Assembly: GCA_032718475.1 (NCBI GenBank)
Contig: JAUCBJ010004497.1
Span: 1 to 64,000 of the forward strand
Origin: Nemertoderma westbladi
Taxonomy: Eukaryota > Animalia > Xenacoelomorpha
Length of the DNA: 64,000 bases
Direction of reading: 5' to 3'
Each line of letters starts with the position of its first letter. Within the stretch, counting starts at the first letter, position 1. The position numbers and the translations under genes were made by a program. Below the pieces are notes generated by a model. That model saw nothing but the letters and a program-made list of their open reading frames with translations. It searched no databases and was not told where the DNA came from. Shown piece by piece: positions 62,501 through 64,000 of the stretch.

Positions 62501-63228
62501 CTGTATAGGCTAAGAGCTTCTTTCTTTTCGCGGGTTGACTGATTCGCCTCGTCCAGCGTAAGTTCAAATACATCGGGTTCAACAACCTTAGGTGGGTAAA
62601 TGACAGTTTCTCCCGCCTTTGGTCCGGTCATAGCAAATGAATGATATGGATTCGATAAAGGATACCCTCCTTCCTGGTAGCGTAGTTGTTGATGATTCGA
62701 ACACCTCGCCAATATCGGTTCGGGATTTTCCTTATTCAAACGCATCGGAATCGCATTTCGTTGTTCGCGCATACAAGAACCGCATTGATAATAAAGTTTA
62801 TAAACTGAAAATGCTTCTTTGGTTTCTCTATCGTCCCCTCGAGTTCGTCTGTAAAGATGCATTCCATCGAATTCATCGCGTACCGCGGGCATAGGTTCGT
62901 GCGCCTTTAGGTATTGCATGGTATGATACAAACGACTAATTTCAGTATCGGGGTCTTCGCTAATGTCTCCCGTATCACACAAAGCATCGTACGGGTAAAG
63001 TTCGTTGAAGGTTTGGCGCAAACTTTCGATTCTTTCGTTCAATGCGTTTTGCCTTCTCTTTAATACGTTCGAGTCATATTTAGTTCTCGCGAGTTTCGCT
63101 GTACTTTCCGATAATTCTTTTATACCAAATATAGTGTAGTCCTTGGCTCCAAATCTTTCGAATGGCGCTGCTGCCTCCTCTTGGATATCATATCCCCATC
63201 TCGGCTCTCCTTGTATCCCTTTCTCCAT
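59503..63228 (-). CDS. Extra retrotransposon ORF: N-terminal extension + RNase D/WRN-like DEDDy-type exonuclease + 3 CCHC zinc knuckles
   Basis: Intact 1241-aa ATG ORF; ExoI FYDNEG, IQIRAADGVLHVF, ExoII KVGSGVRED, YVDTR, ExoIII-like YLAIE; knuckles CSKCGVAGHHMAKC, CGWCGDQGSHTFYTC, CTYCNIKGHRASEC; homologous to 37467-40010. Confidence 0.82.
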   Translation of the reverse strand: MEKGIQGEPRWGYDIQEEAAAPFERFGAKDYTIFGIKELSESTAKLARTKYDSNVLKRRQNALNERIESLRQTFNELYPYDALCDTGDISEDPDTEISRLYHTMQYLKAHEPMPAVRDEFDGMHLYRRTRGDDRETKEAFSVYKLYYQCGSCMREQRNAIPMRLNKENPEPILARCSNHQQLRYQEGGYPLSNPYHSFAMTGPKAGETVIYPPKVVEPDVFELTLDEANQSTREKKEALSLYRAYKAFKKGEMEEWGGRLASLPCHWTSHDQTSAKEMTPEVFESINFAQNVIQRLQIASPERPREMQPYSTSATKPLSTTLNFPISIPVRQDTTYEIPIVDHPEIISNLEFLPAVVFSDMSKIYDLRRHITQKVVNNVPPHIQDFKELDRAGADIAPSNLKGYLTKTIRLWIGIGTFESDTDIAADWRGKVIRFDEDKDIEKIWQPSEELLDEWTRTFRSFQENGYMFYDNEGGSHQQSLTSKTIQIRAADGVLHVFSRQRSDKRMPIPPANTKRHHLITDIVKKMDQACNIDARMLPKMVRNMILDKTVVKVGSGVREDLISDFAGMTDSDDRLPTPYVDTRPLILWSIEQGYFREYNTQKTGTGYISYLLFNWDYKEGKRNKYIETYGEGDTPDMSEFESQLKWRGCVYWAITSPPRAVLQYYLAIESSVNVCLIADIVSRTLKRHPLCLGEDHTFYMEGRIRTDVFRRFLEPFYNSDAQCNAFTRAGFSIFRDVYLRCAGSLIERPSMFTLLPYEGERIVEITDESRQTRAPIGHLGDDFNVTTTIADDPLEELLEIERNLPKKSQTEIRQLEATDAIVCIQPSETYQPIDPDDYDYSMGGSARPIGDLIYERVWYPANTMCSKCGVAGHHMAKCSGKHITTTQLICGWCGDQGSHTFYTCWRFMAQCTYCNIKGHRASECQLRDIPYEHESVKLVRKLFDEWEDLADEHVSAQRRRFPMRVHLGFWAVNPQTMMSEGYISAMPQYDELIEVVDILPHDSGFRVVREYLLQIHPDNKNTWNFQKVINRITYGEFDRFRTEKRNKGAWLTVAWAYRAAFYHKRIRASVFEEEEVLEATNIPATPVAPSARHPREDGQGRIIRVQKVGQQLKKIINVEERKGVEPTIRVTRDTVSLPREPVGGSGHTPADQQGAQATLGSASSASHAFPDVLPTVVTTDRSRGIGRGFGMPNRRICEEIVAPSLNVPSKPVTRPTSPISRAKSPVRSFRGRGRARSTKR

Positions 63229-63887
63229 AATTAGGGTGTAGTTACATAATCATTACTACTAGAGGGAATACAACAGAGTTTGTAGTTAGTTGTGAGGAGA
63301 CGTGAGAGTTTCGTCTGCCCTTTGGGCTTCGACAACGCTCTAACCTCCTACCCATAGCCTAAGATCTAGGGTTTCTTTAATGACACGCTGCTTCTTATCT
63401 AAAATTTTTTGCCGAAGTAAAAACGAATTTGGGCTAAACTGGCCGTGAGTCTAAAATACTCACTTTTTGATCCCAAACTATTATCAGAAAATAAGCAATC
63501 AAGAATTAGTAATAAATATAGGGGAGTCTATTTTGACGTAACTTATTGAAACAAGACCGTGTAAAATTTAATTAAAATTTTAAGAAAGGCTCGCAAGTCT
63601 TCCTCTCTTGTTTCTCTAATTTTAAGTTCCACCCGACTGTACCCTGAAATCTATTCACTGGAGAAAATTTTAAAAATTTTTCAAATCCAAATGGATTGTC
63701 TAAAATTTCGAAAATGTCTCAATATTGTGAGTTCCAAGTAGAATTCCATTTCTTATACCTACAAATCCCGCTCCTATGTGACACATAAGGGTACCACCCT
63801 CAATGTTCACATATAAAGACAATGGAATTCTACCGCTGTCCTTACTACGGTGTACAGGTACGTGGAAATCTATTTGTAAACTCCTAA

Positions 63888-63998
63888 TTATTTACTAGTA
63901 TTAGGTGGAGATTTGTAATCTCCAGACTCGTTACGAGTCTCTTCAAGAAGTACGAGACGTTGAGTCGGTCTGTCTACTGTACGCGCTTGCGTCCTTCT
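63888..63998 (-). CDS. C-terminal end of a BEL/Pao pol (partial, continues beyond the window)
   Basis: Manual translation RRTQARTVDRPTQRLVLLEETRNESGDYKSPPNTSK*; RPxxxLxLLE is the characteristic BEL/Pao pol terminus. Confidence 0.65.
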   Translation of the reverse strand, partial: RRTQARTVDRPTQRLVLLEETRNESGDYKSPPNTSK

Positions 63999-64000
63999 GG

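Larger units (their letters stand above)
57343..64000 (-). mobile_element. 3' half of a second BEL/Pao LTR retrotransposon with an extra ORF
   Basis: pol C-terminus at the window end, then spacer, 1241-aa ORF, long 3' region, PPT and LTR, all in the same orientation. Confidence 0.75.

Overview
Gene-free, AT-rich eukaryotic (invertebrate-like) DNA made almost entirely of nested transposable elements and tandem repeats. It holds several LINEs (RTE-X-like, CR1, RTE fragments and a near-complete two-ORF L2/Crack-like element), a full-length piggyBac with one frameshift, nested MITEs, a ~2.97-kb tandem array, mini- and microsatellites, and three BEL/Pao LTR retrotransposons. The main observation concerns two different BEL/Pao elements (36240-49083, and 57343 to the window end). 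Each carries an intact extra ORF between pol and the 3' LTR, where env normally sits (847 aa and 1241 aa). The two proteins appear homologous by eye. Both have a DnaQ-like RNase D/WRN-type 3'-5' exonuclease domain with Y-x3-E in place of Y-x3-D, then three CCHC zinc knuckles and a shared downstream block. This points to a retrotransposon-borne RNA-binding exonuclease cargo family, possibly a counter-silencing factor (inference). All calls come from reading the sequence; no database search was run.
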